Below, piece after piece: positions 1-9,801 of a stretch of 64,000 nucleotides of DNA. This DNA is from an uncultured candidate division Zixibacteria bacterium. GTDB lineage: Bacteria; Zixibacteria; MSB-5A5; GN15; PGXB01. The stretch covers positions 2,944,001-3,008,000 of the forward strand of contig OY969724.1 in the NCBI GenBank assembly GCA_963702205.1. Direction: 5' to 3'. Both the position numbers and the translations under genes were made by a program. Below the pieces are notes generated by a model. It worked only from the letters and a program-made list of their open reading frames with translations, was not told the origin of the DNA and did no database searches. The stretch's first letter is position 1, and each line of letters opens with the position of its first letter.

Positions 1-67
1 CCAGCGCCGTCACGTGAAGAATGTCTTTTTTTAGCTTAGTGATTTCGTTTTGATAGTGTTTTGTCAT
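1..67 (-). CDS. phoU: Phosphate uptake regulator PhoU, 5' end only (runs off the window)
   Basis: ATG at 67-65, 11 nt after the pstB stop, reads MTKHYQNEITKLKKDILHVTAL..., a PhoU-like N-terminal helix in the canonical position after pstB. Confidence 0.7.
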   Translation of the reverse strand, partial: MTKHYQNEITKLKKDILHVTAL

Positions 68-78
68 ACGACCAATCC

Positions 79-915
79 TTAACCGAAACGACCGGTAATG
101 TAATCCTCGGTCTTGCTCTTCTCCGGTTTCGTAAATATTTTCCGTGTCCCACCGAATTCGATCAGAATTCCTTCATAGAAGAACGCCGTGTAGTCCGAAA
201 TACGGGCTGCCTGCTGCATATTGTGCGTCACGATAACGATAGTATAGTTATTTTTCAATTCTCCGATCAAGTCTTCAATTTTGGAGGTCGAAAGCGGGTC
301 GAGAGCCGACGCCGGTTCATCCATGAGGATTATTTCGGGCCGTATCGCCAGCGCTCTTGCGATGCAAAGCCTCTGTTGCTGCCCACCCGAAAGCATATAG
401 GCATTGTTATCGAGCTTGTCTTTTACTTCTTCCCATAAAAAGGCTCTCTTCAAAGAATCTTCAACGACTTCGGTAATAATACGCTTGTCCTTTATACCGT
501 TGACGCGAAGACCGTAGGCAACATTTTCAAATATCGACTTGGGAAAAGGATTCGATTTTTGAAAAACCATCCCGACCCTGGTCCTGATTGCGGAAACGTC
601 GTCGAAGTCATGGTAAACGTCCTTGCCGTCAAGCTTGATGGTGCCTTCCAAACGTACACCCGGAATGGTTTCATTCATGCGGTTAAGCGTTCGCAAAAAT
701 GTGGACTTCCCGCAGCCGGACGGACCGATCAGGGCGGTTACCATGTGCTCCTGGATATCCATCGAAATATCGAACAGCACCTGGTTTTTGCCGTAGAAGA
801 AGTTCAATTTTTCCACGGTCATTTTCAGACGATTTTTCTCGACCGGCGGACGATCAGGAGGTTCGATTCTTGCATTTTCCTCTTCCACCAAAACTGTATC
901 CTCAGATATTGACAC
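79..915 (-). CDS. pstB: Phosphate ABC transporter ATP-binding protein
   Basis: Walker [10 protein letters not shown], signature [26 protein letters not shown]-terminus [10 protein letters not shown]. Confidence 0.97.
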   Translation of the reverse strand: MSISEDTVLVEEENARIEPPDRPPVEKNRLKMTVEKLNFFYGKNQVLFDISMDIQEHMVTALIGPSGCGKSTFLRTLNRMNETIPGVRLEGTIKLDGKDVYHDFDDVSAIRTRVGMVFQKSNPFPKSIFENVAYGLRVNGIKDKRIITEVVEDSLKRAFLWEEVKDKLDNNAYMLSGGQQQRLCIARALAIRPEIILMDEPASALDPLSTSKIEDLIGELKNNYTIVIVTHNMQQAARISDYTAFFYEGILIEFGGTRKIFTKPEKSKTEDYITGRFG

Positions 916-1864
916 GCTTTTTCCTCATTCTCGATCTAATCAGGATGGCGACCAGATTCAACATAAAGGTCAACAATAATAATACCAATACCGTTCCGTA
1001 TAAAATCGGTTTCGTCGCTTCGATATCGGGCGACTGGGTCGCCATGACATAGATATGATACCCCAATTCCATGAACTGGTCGTTTAATCTTTGCGGTAAA
1101 TACGGCAAATAGTAAGCGGCACCCGTGAACATGATGGGAGCCACTTCTCCCGCCCCCCGGCTGACCGCCAGAATCGAGCCGGTGAATATTCCCGGCATGG
1201 CTTGTGGTATGATGACCCTGCGAATTGTCTGCAGTTTTGTCCCGCCCAGGGCATAGCTGGCGTCCTTGAGCTCACGCGGGATCGTCTTTAGCGCTTCTTC
1301 CGTGGATATAATCACAACCGGGAGAGTCAACATCGCCAGGGTAAGGGCCGCCCAGATGATGGCCGGTTGTCCCCACACGGGCCCCTCGGAGCCATAAAAT
1401 ACCTTATCGATGCCTCCGCCGACGAATCCTATAAAAAACCCCAGGCCGAACAAACCAAAAACGATCGAGGGCACACCCGCCAGATTGTTTATCGCCACCC
1501 GAATCATGCGCGTTGTTTTGGAATCAGGACTGGTATATTCCTGAAGATATATCGCCGTAAAAACCCCCACCGGGACGACAGCAATGACCATAAGAATAAC
1601 GAGCGCGACGGTTCCGAATATGGCGGGGAAAACACCCCCGGCCTCCATGCCTTGTTCGGGAGGATGAGTCAAAAACTTCCAGCTTAAAGTTCCGACCCCA
1701 CCGAAAATTATATTGCCAATGATTATGGCCAGCATGGTGACTATGATGACGACGGCGAGGAAAGTCAATCCCCTCGGAATCCACCCTTTTGTTTTGGGCC
1801 GGAAGGCCAGTTCCCTCGGTTCCGCCATGACTTCGGCGGTCTTTGCCTGTTCGCGGGTTTTCAA
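902..1864 (-). CDS. pstA: Phosphate ABC transporter permease PstA
   Basis: [15 protein letters not shown] and [10 protein letters not shown] motifs, multiple TM helices, pst operon context. Confidence 0.95.
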   Translation of the reverse strand: MKTREQAKTAEVMAEPRELAFRPKTKGWIPRGLTFLAVVIIVTMLAIIIGNIIFGGVGTLSWKFLTHPPEQGMEAGGVFPAIFGTVALVILMVIAVVPVGVFTAIYLQEYTSPDSKTTRMIRVAINNLAGVPSIVFGLFGLGFFIGFVGGGIDKVFYGSEGPVWGQPAIIWAALTLAMLTLPVVIISTEEALKTIPRELKDASYALGGTKLQTIRRVIIPQAMPGIFTGSILAVSRGAGEVAPIMFTGAAYYLPYLPQRLNDQFMELGYHIYVMATQSPDIEATKPILYGTVLVLLLLTFMLNLVAILIRSRMRKKRVNI

Positions 1865-2821
1865 ATTACCTTACCCTGAAGCTTTTCTTTTAATTTTATG
1901 AGGACCATTTCGCCGCCCAGATTAATCAGGAAGGTAAACACGAATAAAAGCGAACCAATGAAAAACAGTACCGTGTAATGTGCCCCGCCGAAAACGACTT
2001 CGGCCAGTTCGGCGGCAATTGTCGCGGAAAATGTCCTTATCGAATCGACAAAGCTCGCGGAAATTATGGCGGCATTGCCCGAGGCCATCAGGACAATCAT
2101 CGTTTCACCGACGGCCCGGCCGAAACCCAGGACGATACCAGCGGCGATACCGGGCATGGCCGCCGGAAAAACCATCGAAAACGAAACCTGCCACGGATTC
2201 GCGCCGAGTGCGATTGCCGCGTCGCGCAATGATTTCGGAACCGACGTCATGGCATCCTCGGCCACCGTGAAAATGATCGGTATGACGGCTATCCCCAGCG
2301 CGATACCGGCGTTAAGAGCGTTTAATCGGAAAGTCAGATGAAATAAATTTTGCAAAATCGTAGCCAGAACCATCAGGGCGAAAAATCCCAGGACTACCGA
2401 TGGTATCGCCGCCAGCATTTCTATTACTGGCTTGATAATTTCACGCATCCTTTTCGACGCAAATTCCGAAGCATAAATGGCCGCCCCGACACCCAGCGGG
2501 ATGGCGAACAGCATGGCAACTATCGCCGCTTTAATCGTCCCCAATAACAGAGGGTAGCAAAGAATATTTGGGGACGTCGGAATTGGGCTGCCATGAATAT
2601 TTCGGGGCCCGTCCTTTATAGAATTCCTGCTTGAAAACCATCTTCCCGACGGTGACTTCCTTTTTGATTTCCGGATTCGTGAAAATGGGAACCGCTTCTT
2701 TAAATATAAAAACGAATATTAGCAGGACGCCGATCAGAGCGGCAAAAGCGTTTAAGGAAATAAGCTTTTCGCCAAGAAATTCCCTGACCCTGGACTTCGG
2801 CTTGAATTTCAGTTCAATCAT
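1861..2821 (-). CDS. pstC: Phosphate ABC transporter permease PstC, with a +1 frameshift near 2550 (probably a sequencing error)
   Basis: ORFs 2531-2821 and 1861-2544 join into ...YSLLPLLLGTIKAA... if one base is removed. LAAIPSVVLG and GRAVGETMIVLMASGN motifs. Confidence 0.9.
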
Positions 2822-2890
2822 GGTGCCTAAAAAGATTCATGGCGGCGGCCGGGGCCGCCACCATTGAATCTATGGGAAGAGGGTAGTTTT

Positions 2891-3745
2891 TTATTGTACG
2901 GCCATTTCTTTGGCGCGTTCTTTCGGAAGAGGGATATAATCCATCTCTTCGGCAATCTTCTGGCCCTGCTCGGAAAGCGCCCAGTTGACCAGTGCCTTCA
3001 ACTGACCGGTCGGCTTGCCGTTGAAAAACCAGTAAAGGTCGCGCGAAATCGGGTAGGTTCCGTTGGAGACGGTTTCCATCGTCGGCATGATAGCTTTGGA
3101 GTCGTCGGTTTTGCGGATCGCCGCATCCTTGACGCCTTTGGCCCAGGCAATACCACCGTAGCCGATTCCGTTGTCATCCTTGGACACGGCATTCACGACT
3201 GCGGCCGTTCCGGGAAGCGTCTGGGTATATTCGGAATAATCCTCTTCGTCCAGGACTTCTTCCTTGAAAAAGGCGTATGTGCCACTGTTGTTTTCACGGC
3301 CGTACAGGATAATCCGGGCATCATTGCCACCAACTTCTTTCCAGTTGGTTATGGCGCCGGTGTAGATACCTTTAAGCTGGGCAAAACTGAGTTCCTTGAC
3401 CGGGTTGCTTTCATTCAGATAGACGGAAATACCGTCGAGTGCAACCGAAACCCGGTAAGGCGTAATACCCTTGGCTTTAGCCTGGGCATATTCCTTTTCT
3501 TTCATATCGCGCGAGGCTTCACAAATATCGGTCGAGCCGTTCAACAGAGCCGCGATACCGGTTCCGGAGCCGCCTCCGGCGACCTGAATTACGACGCCGG
3601 GATTTTCCTTCATGTATTCTTCGGCCCATCTCTGCCCCAACCGAATCAAAGTGTCGGAGCCTTTTACGGTGACGTTGGTTCCGGCGAATACGAACCCGGT
3701 TGCGATCAAAGCCGCCGCCAACAAAATCAATGCTTTCTTCATCAT
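2891..3745 (-). CDS. pstS: Phosphate-binding periplasmic protein PstS
   Basis: Signal peptide, KGSDT, GGGSGTGIAAL and GRENNSGT motifs. AGGAGG RBS before MMKK. Confidence 0.95.
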   Translation of the reverse strand: MMKKALILLAAALIATGFVFAGTNVTVKGSDTLIRLGQRWAEEYMKENPGVVIQVAGGGSGTGIAALLNGSTDICEASRDMKEKEYAQAKAKGITPYRVSVALDGISVYLNESNPVKELSFAQLKGIYTGAITNWKEVGGNDARIILYGRENNSGTYAFFKEEVLDEEDYSEYTQTLPGTAAVVNAVSKDDNGIGYGGIAWAKGVKDAAIRKTDDSKAIMPTMETVSNGTYPISRDLYWFFNGKPTGQLKALVNWALSEQGQKIAEEMDYIPLPKERAKEMAVQ

Positions 3746-3785
3746 TTCCTCCTTAAATCCATTCATGGAAGTTTAATTTTTTTTG

Positions 3786-3801
3786 TTAAGGTTTTATTAA
3801 G
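3786..3801 (-). promoter_or_regulatory. Pho-box-like tandem repeat upstream of pstS
   Basis: TTAAG (plus strand) at 3786 and 3797, 11 bp apart. Confidence 0.5.
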
Positions 3802-3821
3802 ACGTTCATTTTTTCTTCGGC

Positions 3822-4946
3822 TTAGAATTTCAACTGCAGGTCGATTTGCATCCGATTAAAATCAGTCGGGTCGGCTTGCTGCAGACCTATCTGATTTATA
3901 AAATACGTGAAGTCAAAAGCCGCATTATCTGTCAGCATATATGAGCCGCCGAATTCATGACCTCTGGCATCCGTACCCCCGTTGCGGAAATCCGAGTCGG
4001 TAAAGATGCCAATCACGGCGTCCTTTTCGACCCGGCGGTAAATGTAACGCACTCCCCAGGAGCCCTGCTTTTTGGCTTTGCCAATCCTGATTCCAAGCAG
4101 CCAGCCGGTATTGAGACTATCCGCCGCGGTATTGGTGACGTAATCGCCCATGACCGTAACCGGCAGTGGTGCAAAATGATGGGTTAGCTCTCCCATAGCC
4201 TCGAACAGTTCATAATCTTCGGCATACTCGAAATAGGATGTCTCGCCGCTTGTGACTTCAACGGCCGTATTACCCATCGGGTCTTCCGGACCGAAAAAGA
4301 CCGGATAACCTTTGGAGTTGACGTAGTTGAAATAACTGCCGCCGACCGCCAGGCTGGTCTTTTTCTCGTTAAAATTGAATCGTGACACGCCCTGAAAAGC
4401 GGCCAGATAGGAATCGTTACCTTTGGAACGTTCTTCGATCCACAGACCAGCTCCGATCAGAGTCAGAGTCACATTGTTAAAGTCCTGAGTATAATTGACC
4501 GCCCCGCCTTCCGGACTTATGTCACTGTCCCAGATCAACTCCGAACTCCCCGGTTTGAAAAACGGATTGTGGAATTTTCCGCCTTCGATCGAAACCCCCG
4601 GCGTCTTGATCGGTTTGTACTCGAAATAGGCCATGTCGAGACGAACATCTTTACTCGAAAAGGAACCGGTAAGAGTTTGATTGGTGGAAACGGGGTCGGT
4701 CGAACCGGTAGCGAGTTGTACGGTAGCGTCGATCTCAGGAGAGACCTTGCCGGTTATGGCCAGGCGGGCCCGAAGGCGTTGACGGTGCTCGGGGTCGTTG
4801 TCGCCGGTTTTTTTCATTTCATGGCGGTAGCGCAGATCGCCTTTGATTTTAATCGTATCGTACCAGTTGTCAGCGGATGCCCGCCCCGCGAAAAATAACA
4901 GCGGCATAATTATAACCAATAGCTTGACAGCATTATACTTACTCAT
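3822..4946 (-). CDS. Putative phosphate-regulated outer-membrane porin
   Basis: Signal peptide, GDLRYRHE / RQRLRARL / DPVSTNQTL motifs of putative porins, C-terminal ...QIDLQLKF beta-signal. Lies between phoR and pstS. Confidence 0.8.
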   Translation of the reverse strand: MSKYNAVKLLVIIMPLLFFAGRASADNWYDTIKIKGDLRYRHEMKKTGDNDPEHRQRLRARLAITGKVSPEIDATVQLATGSTDPVSTNQTLTGSFSSKDVRLDMAYFEYKPIKTPGVSIEGGKFHNPFFKPGSSELIWDSDISPEGGAVNYTQDFNNVTLTLIGAGLWIEERSKGNDSYLAAFQGVSRFNFNEKKTSLAVGGSYFNYVNSKGYPVFFGPEDPMGNTAVEVTSGETSYFEYAEDYELFEAMGELTHHFAPLPVTVMGDYVTNTAADSLNTGWLLGIRIGKAKKQGSWGVRYIYRRVEKDAVIGIFTDSDFRNGGTDARGHEFGGSYMLTDNAAFDFTYFINQIGLQQADPTDFNRMQIDLQLKF

Positions 4947-5117
4947 TTCTCTCTCCAATTATATCCCTTTAATTGTCAGTGCAGTTTGCGCTGTGCGCGA
5001 GTGTCTTTAAATCCCTTACTTTCCTCCTATTTTAATTTATTGGGTATATTTTAAGATTCTTTTTCCCTGTGTCTTATGATCCCTCAAATTCATTGTGAGG
5101 ATTGAACCTGTTTTTTA

Positions 5118-5155
5118 TTAAGAAATTATTAAGGAAGAGTTAATGTTTGGTTAGG
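5118..5155 (-). promoter_or_regulatory. Four-unit Pho-box-like array upstream of porin-pstSCAB
   Basis: TTAAG/TTAAG/TTAAT/TTAGG (plus strand) starting at 5118, 5129, 5140 and 5151, an exact 11-bp period. Confidence 0.65.
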
Positions 5156-5245
5156 AAAACCAGCTTTCAACGGATATAAGTTCGCCGAACATAATAATAT
5201 AATAGTTATTACGAATCGACCGCCGAAGGGCGTGCGGTTCCGGAG

Positions 5246-7021
5246 CTAAATGACCGGCAAATCGATTTTGAATGTCGAGCCCTGTCCGTGGATACTTTCA
5301 ACCGTAATACGTCCGGCGTGGGCCAGAACAATATGTTTGACGATAGCCAGCCCCAGGCCGGTGCCGCCCAGTTCGCGGCTGCGGGATTTGTCCACCCGGT
5401 AGAAACGCTCGAAAATACGGGGCAGGTGCCTGGAATCGATTCCGTGGCCATGGTCTTTTACTATTATTCGCACCGAGATTTCATCGCCGACGACCTCGAT
5501 TTCCACAGGTTTGCCGTCGTCACTATATTTGATGGCATTGTCGATCAAATTTATGATGGCCTGCTCGAACAGGGGTGCATTGAGCCGCGCCTGGATGTTG
5601 TCCGGGCAGTTAAGTACCAGATTCGATGCCTTTGCCGATGCCAGAGATTCGCAGTCGGCTATGGCCGCCTGAAGAACCGGTCGCAGCGGTATTTTTGCAA
5701 GAGTTATTTCGCCTTGTTCGGATTCCGATTCAATCCGTGAGAGCCTTAGAAGATCTTCGATGATATTGTTCAATCGGTCCGATTGCCTCGAAATTACTTT
5801 CAAAAACCTTTCAGCCTCTTCTTTGTGCTCGACGGCCCCATCGAGAAGCGTTTCGACCGAGCCCATGATCGACGTGATGGGTGTTTTAAGTTCGTGCGAT
5901 ACGTTGGCCACGAAATCGCGGCGAAGATTTTCCAGCTTGCGCATGCGGGTTATATCATTGAGCACGACCAGCACGCCCATATCTTTGCCCGAGGCATCCT
6001 TCAGAATGGTCGCCGAGGCCTGTGCCCAGCGTTCTTCTGCTCCGGTAAATTCGATTGTCGACACGATCGGCTTTTTGGTCCAGAGCGTCTCGCCGATGAC
6101 CTTCTGAAGTCTGGAATTGCGGATCGCCTCCTGTATGGTCAGCCCGGTGGCGCGGGATTCATCCAGTTCCAGAAACGTCGCCGCCGCTTTATTGAAATTT
6201 ATCAACCGTTCATTGGTGTCGAAGGCCAGAACACCTTCCGTCATACTGGCCAGGACTGCCTCCTGCTCCCCTCGCTGCCGGGTAATAGTATTGATCCGAT
6301 CGCTGAGCTGCCCGGCCATCTGGTTCATCGCCAATGCCAGCCCGCCGATTTCTTCGGTATTGGAAACCGCCAGACGGCGGTCGAAATCCCCATCGGAGAA
6401 ACGCCGCGCACCATCTTTAAGTTCAATGAGCGGCCGACTGATATTACGGCTGACGATATAGCTGATCAGGGCGGCCAACACGGCGATAAACAGACCAACC
6501 AGGACGGCCCGGGTACGAGCCTGGGCGATTTCCTCGTCGACGAACGCGACCGGAATCGAAGTACGTACTAATCCGAGTATATTATTATTGTCGGTTACCC
6601 TGACGGCCACGTACATGAGGTTCATCTGCAGGGTATTACTGAACCGGGTCGACATCCCCCGGCCACCGTTCAAAGCCTCGACCATTTCCGGCCGAGTGCC
6701 GTGATTTTCCATGACGGCAGGGTTCTGGTCGGTATCGACGAGAACAACCCCGGACGTATCGATTACCGTAATTCGGGTCGAGGATACCGAACCTACCCGA
6801 CGACAAAATTCTCCCACGCTTTTAACGTCACCGGAAGACATTTGCGGCGATATCTGTCCTGCGATTATGACGGCTCTGTCATAAAGAACCGATTCCACAT
6901 AATCCAGCAGGTCCTGCTTCTGTGATTTTATTCCGTACCAGCCCATTATCACAACCGCGACGATGGTGATAATCAGGTACGACGGATATAATTGCCAGAT
7001 AATGCGTCGTGATGACATCAC
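5246..7021 (-). CDS. phoR: Phosphate sensor histidine kinase PhoR (HAMP, PAS, HisKA, HATPase)
   Basis: FVANVSHELKTP H-box, NLIDNAIKYS, RIFERFYRVDKSRSR, GGTGLGLAIVKH. Confidence 0.93.
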   Translation of the reverse strand: MMSSRRIIWQLYPSYLIITIVAVVIMGWYGIKSQKQDLLDYVESVLYDRAVIIAGQISPQMSSGDVKSVGEFCRRVGSVSSTRITVIDTSGVVLVDTDQNPAVMENHGTRPEMVEALNGGRGMSTRFSNTLQMNLMYVAVRVTDNNNILGLVRTSIPVAFVDEEIAQARTRAVLVGLFIAVLAALISYIVSRNISRPLIELKDGARRFSDGDFDRRLAVSNTEEIGGLALAMNQMAGQLSDRINTITRQRGEQEAVLASMTEGVLAFDTNERLINFNKAAATFLELDESRATGLTIQEAIRNSRLQKVIGETLWTKKPIVSTIEFTGAEERWAQASATILKDASGKDMGVLVVLNDITRMRKLENLRRDFVANVSHELKTPITSIMGSVETLLDGAVEHKEEAERFLKVISRQSDRLNNIIEDLLRLSRIESESEQGEITLAKIPLRPVLQAAIADCESLASAKASNLVLNCPDNIQARLNAPLFEQAIINLIDNAIKYSDDGKPVEIEVVGDEISVRIIVKDHGHGIDSRHLPRIFERFYRVDKSRSRELGGTGLGLAIVKHIVLAHAGRITVESIHGQGSTFKIDLPVI

Positions 7022-7708
7022 GACTCCTTGAATCGGTAGCCGACACCCCTGATGGTCTCAATATAATCGGTGCCCTTGCCGAGTTTTTTTCTAAGCCCGG
7101 CGATATGCACGTCGATGGTTCGGTCGGTAATGAACACGTCTTCGCCCCGTATGGCATCGACCAACTGATTCCTCGTAAATACCCAGCCGGGTCGGCGCGC
7201 CATAACGTGAATTAAATTAAATTCCGTATGAGTCAGCGTTATTGCCTTACCCCCGATCGAGAGGGAGTGTTTGCCGGGGTCGATCAATAGATTTTGATAG
7301 GATATGGTCTGACTGTCAGGGATCACGGCTTCGGCCTTGCGCCGCAGGACTGCTCTCAAGCGGGCCAGAAGGACTCTCGGTACTGAACGGCTTGGTGATA
7401 TAATCATCGGCTCCCAGTTCCAGCCCGGCGACGATGTCGGCTTCTTCACTCTTGGCGGTTAGTATTATTATGGGTATTTCTCTGGTGCCGCTTTCGCCTT
7501 TCATAGTGCGGCAGACCTGCAAACCGTCCATGCCCGGAAGCATCAAATCCAGGATGATCAATTGCGGCATATCTTTTCGCGCCTCGGACAGGCCTTTCTC
7601 GCCCGTCGCGGCCAGGGCCACGCTGTAGCCATCACGTTCCAAATTGTATTTTATAAGATCGGAAATATCTTGTTCGTCTTCGATAACCAGTATTTTTTCG
7701 CCGGACAT
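7018..7708 (-). CDS. phoB: OmpR/PhoB-family response regulator, with a +1 frameshift at about 7381
   Basis: The receiver (LDLMLPGMDG, GADDYITKPFS) and winged helix (RTIDVHIAGLRKKL, TIRGVGYRF) lie in two frames. Removing the base at 7381 restores KPFSPRVLLAR. Confidence 0.9.
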
Positions 7709-7928
7709 GTGGATCTCCCGGTTAATATTTATTTCATTATAGCTCCCGCCAGTCAAATTGGCAACAAGAAGAATATCCGTAATTATGAAGAAAATATTAA
7801 GACAAAAAAGTACATATTAAATAAGTTTATCCATATAGCGGGCAATTAATTCTTGCAAAAAAGGACAATTAAGGTTACCTTTGACATGACTGTCAAGCAA
7901 GGGTATGCAAAAGCAAGGAGCAGGCATC

Positions 7929-8360
7929 ATGAAGCTTCACCAATTCTCGATTTTTTCATTGGTGATATTTGTCCTTATTTTATCACCGAAGTTCCTCCTG
8001 GCCGAGAAATCGGAGACAACGGAAGCAACGTATATCGACCTGGATGGCGACGGTATTAACGACAACGCGCCGGACTCGGACGGTGACGGTATCATCGACG
8101 TGGCCGAAAGCGGCTTCCGTCCGGGCCAGTTCGATACCGAACCGGCCAATATGGGCATAGTCAGTTTTGAAACATCCTCGGTAGGAATTTCAGCCGATCC
8201 TTCTCTCAACTCCGGGAAGTTTTCCAGCCTCAATAAAAACTGTCGCTTGTTGTCCAGCAATCGCGGCGGTTTCGGAATCGGTGATCAGTTCGGACCCGGC
8301 AACGGAATCGGCATTGGTGCGGTTTCCTCGGGCGGTTGTGCCGGCGGCGTTTGTCATTGA
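7929..8360 (+). CDS. Small secreted protein with DxDxDG Ca-binding repeats and a Gly-rich tail
   Basis: GGAG RBS, signal peptide, DLDGDGINDNAPDSDGDGIID, C-terminus GGCAGGVCH. Confidence 0.7.
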   Translation: MKLHQFSIFSLVIFVLILSPKFLLAEKSETTEATYIDLDGDGINDNAPDSDGDGIIDVAESGFRPGQFDTEPANMGIVSFETSSVGISADPSLNSGKFSSLNKNCRLLSSNRGGFGIGDQFGPGNGIGIGAVSSGGCAGGVCH

Positions 8361-8371
8361 GGAGGGAACCG

Positions 8372-9556
8372 ATGAAAAAAGCGTTATATGTTGAACTGTT
8401 TCTGCTTGGGGTTTCTTTGTGTGCACTATCGGCATGGGCCGATGTAAAATTCGAGGCCGGGATCAACAACGGCTACGAAAGCAATTTAATCAAGGACAAT
8501 AACGATATTTACGACGTCTATACCACGACCAGCGGACGGGTGTACCTCTATCCCGTGTCGTTTGCAGAAATAAACGGCGGTGTCGATTATACATATTACA
8601 GCAGAACGTACAGAATAAACGATTTTACGTCGGGCGGCGAAATCACCCTGATTCCGAACTTGAAAGACTCACCGCTTATCCCTTATGCCAAAAGCAGCTT
8701 TTACGGCAGTCGGTATCGGGCTGCCTATTCGGGATTCAATAATAACTCGGGGGATATGACGGCCGGTCTGCTTTATCGAGCGGCCGGACAGATGTATTTC
8801 AGGATGGGTGGTAAGTACAATCAGACGTCATACGTTGATAATGATATATACGATCAGAAGAGTTATGAGTTTTTTGCAGGTGTTAACGCGACTATTTTGC
8901 ATAATAATACAATCGATATCGAAGCCGGGTTCGGCAAAGCCGATTATAGTTCATTCCGCGAAGACCTCGATCCTTTTGCTCCAAATGCTGATATAATAGA
9001 CAGCATCCCGGATACATTCTTAGTCTCGAAAAAGCTGAATTCGTATTATATCTCACCGCGTTTTTCCCGACCGTTAGGAGCGAAAACCGGACTAAGTATT
9101 ACCTATACCTATCGTAATTTCACCAATGATAAAGACGGTATAGTTTTCGGCTCTTCGAACGAAAACCTCTCCCCGTGGTCTTCGCTATGGGAAGGCCATT
9201 CCGTTACGGCAACCATAAAGACGCTGTTTTTTACCGATGCCATTGTGACGGCAGGTTTGGGGTACTTTGAAAAGCACTTCTTGCGGACCATTGAAGAAGG
9301 CCTGACACATATAAATTTAATATACACCCAGCTTGATCCCCAGCGCCACGATTATCAAACGAGATTTTTCCTCAAAATCCAGAGGCCTATTGCTACCCGA
9401 TCCGGTTGGTTTATTGAGCCATCGCTGTCGGTAGAATTCGTCAATAATGAATCGACAACCAAAATACTCAGACGAGATCTGGACGAAATGCCCTTCGATG
9501 ACCGCTATGATTATACTGATTTTTCCATATTCTGGGGGATAATACTGCGTCGATAG
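8372..9556 (+). CDS. Putative outer-membrane beta-barrel protein
   Basis: GGAGG RBS, signal peptide, Tyr/Gly-rich alternating strands, C-terminal FSIFWGIILRR. Confidence 0.7.
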   Translation: MKKALYVELFLLGVSLCALSAWADVKFEAGINNGYESNLIKDNNDIYDVYTTTSGRVYLYPVSFAEINGGVDYTYYSRTYRINDFTSGGEITLIPNLKDSPLIPYAKSSFYGSRYRAAYSGFNNNSGDMTAGLLYRAAGQMYFRMGGKYNQTSYVDNDIYDQKSYEFFAGVNATILHNNTIDIEAGFGKADYSSFREDLDPFAPNADIIDSIPDTFLVSKKLNSYYISPRFSRPLGAKTGLSITYTYRNFTNDKDGIVFGSSNENLSPWSSLWEGHSVTATIKTLFFTDAIVTAGLGYFEKHFLRTIEEGLTHINLIYTQLDPQRHDYQTRFFLKIQRPIATRSGWFIEPSLSVEFVNNESTTKILRRDLDEMPFDDRYDYTDFSIFWGIILRR

Positions 9557-9619
9557 CGCAACAAGCCATATATTGGCATAACTATCTGTGTATTACGTAC
9601 TTAAGTGGTGGCTTTTATC

Positions 9620-9647
9620 TTGACAATGCGGACAAAAAAAGTATATT
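9620..9647 (+). promoter_or_regulatory. Sigma70-like promoter
   Basis: TTGACA (9620-9625), 16-nt spacer, TATATT (9642-9647), upstream of the CDS at 9802. Confidence 0.45.
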
Positions 9648-9801
9648 TATTTAAACTGTTAACGGGACCGACAATTTACTTCGTTGATGACGGGCCGCAA
9701 ATGTTTCATTTATTATTCTGTCTGCGTAATTTGCTGAATTTCAATGTCTTCGATGATTATCAATATTATTACATTAATTATATAATTCAAGAGGTATTAT
9801 T

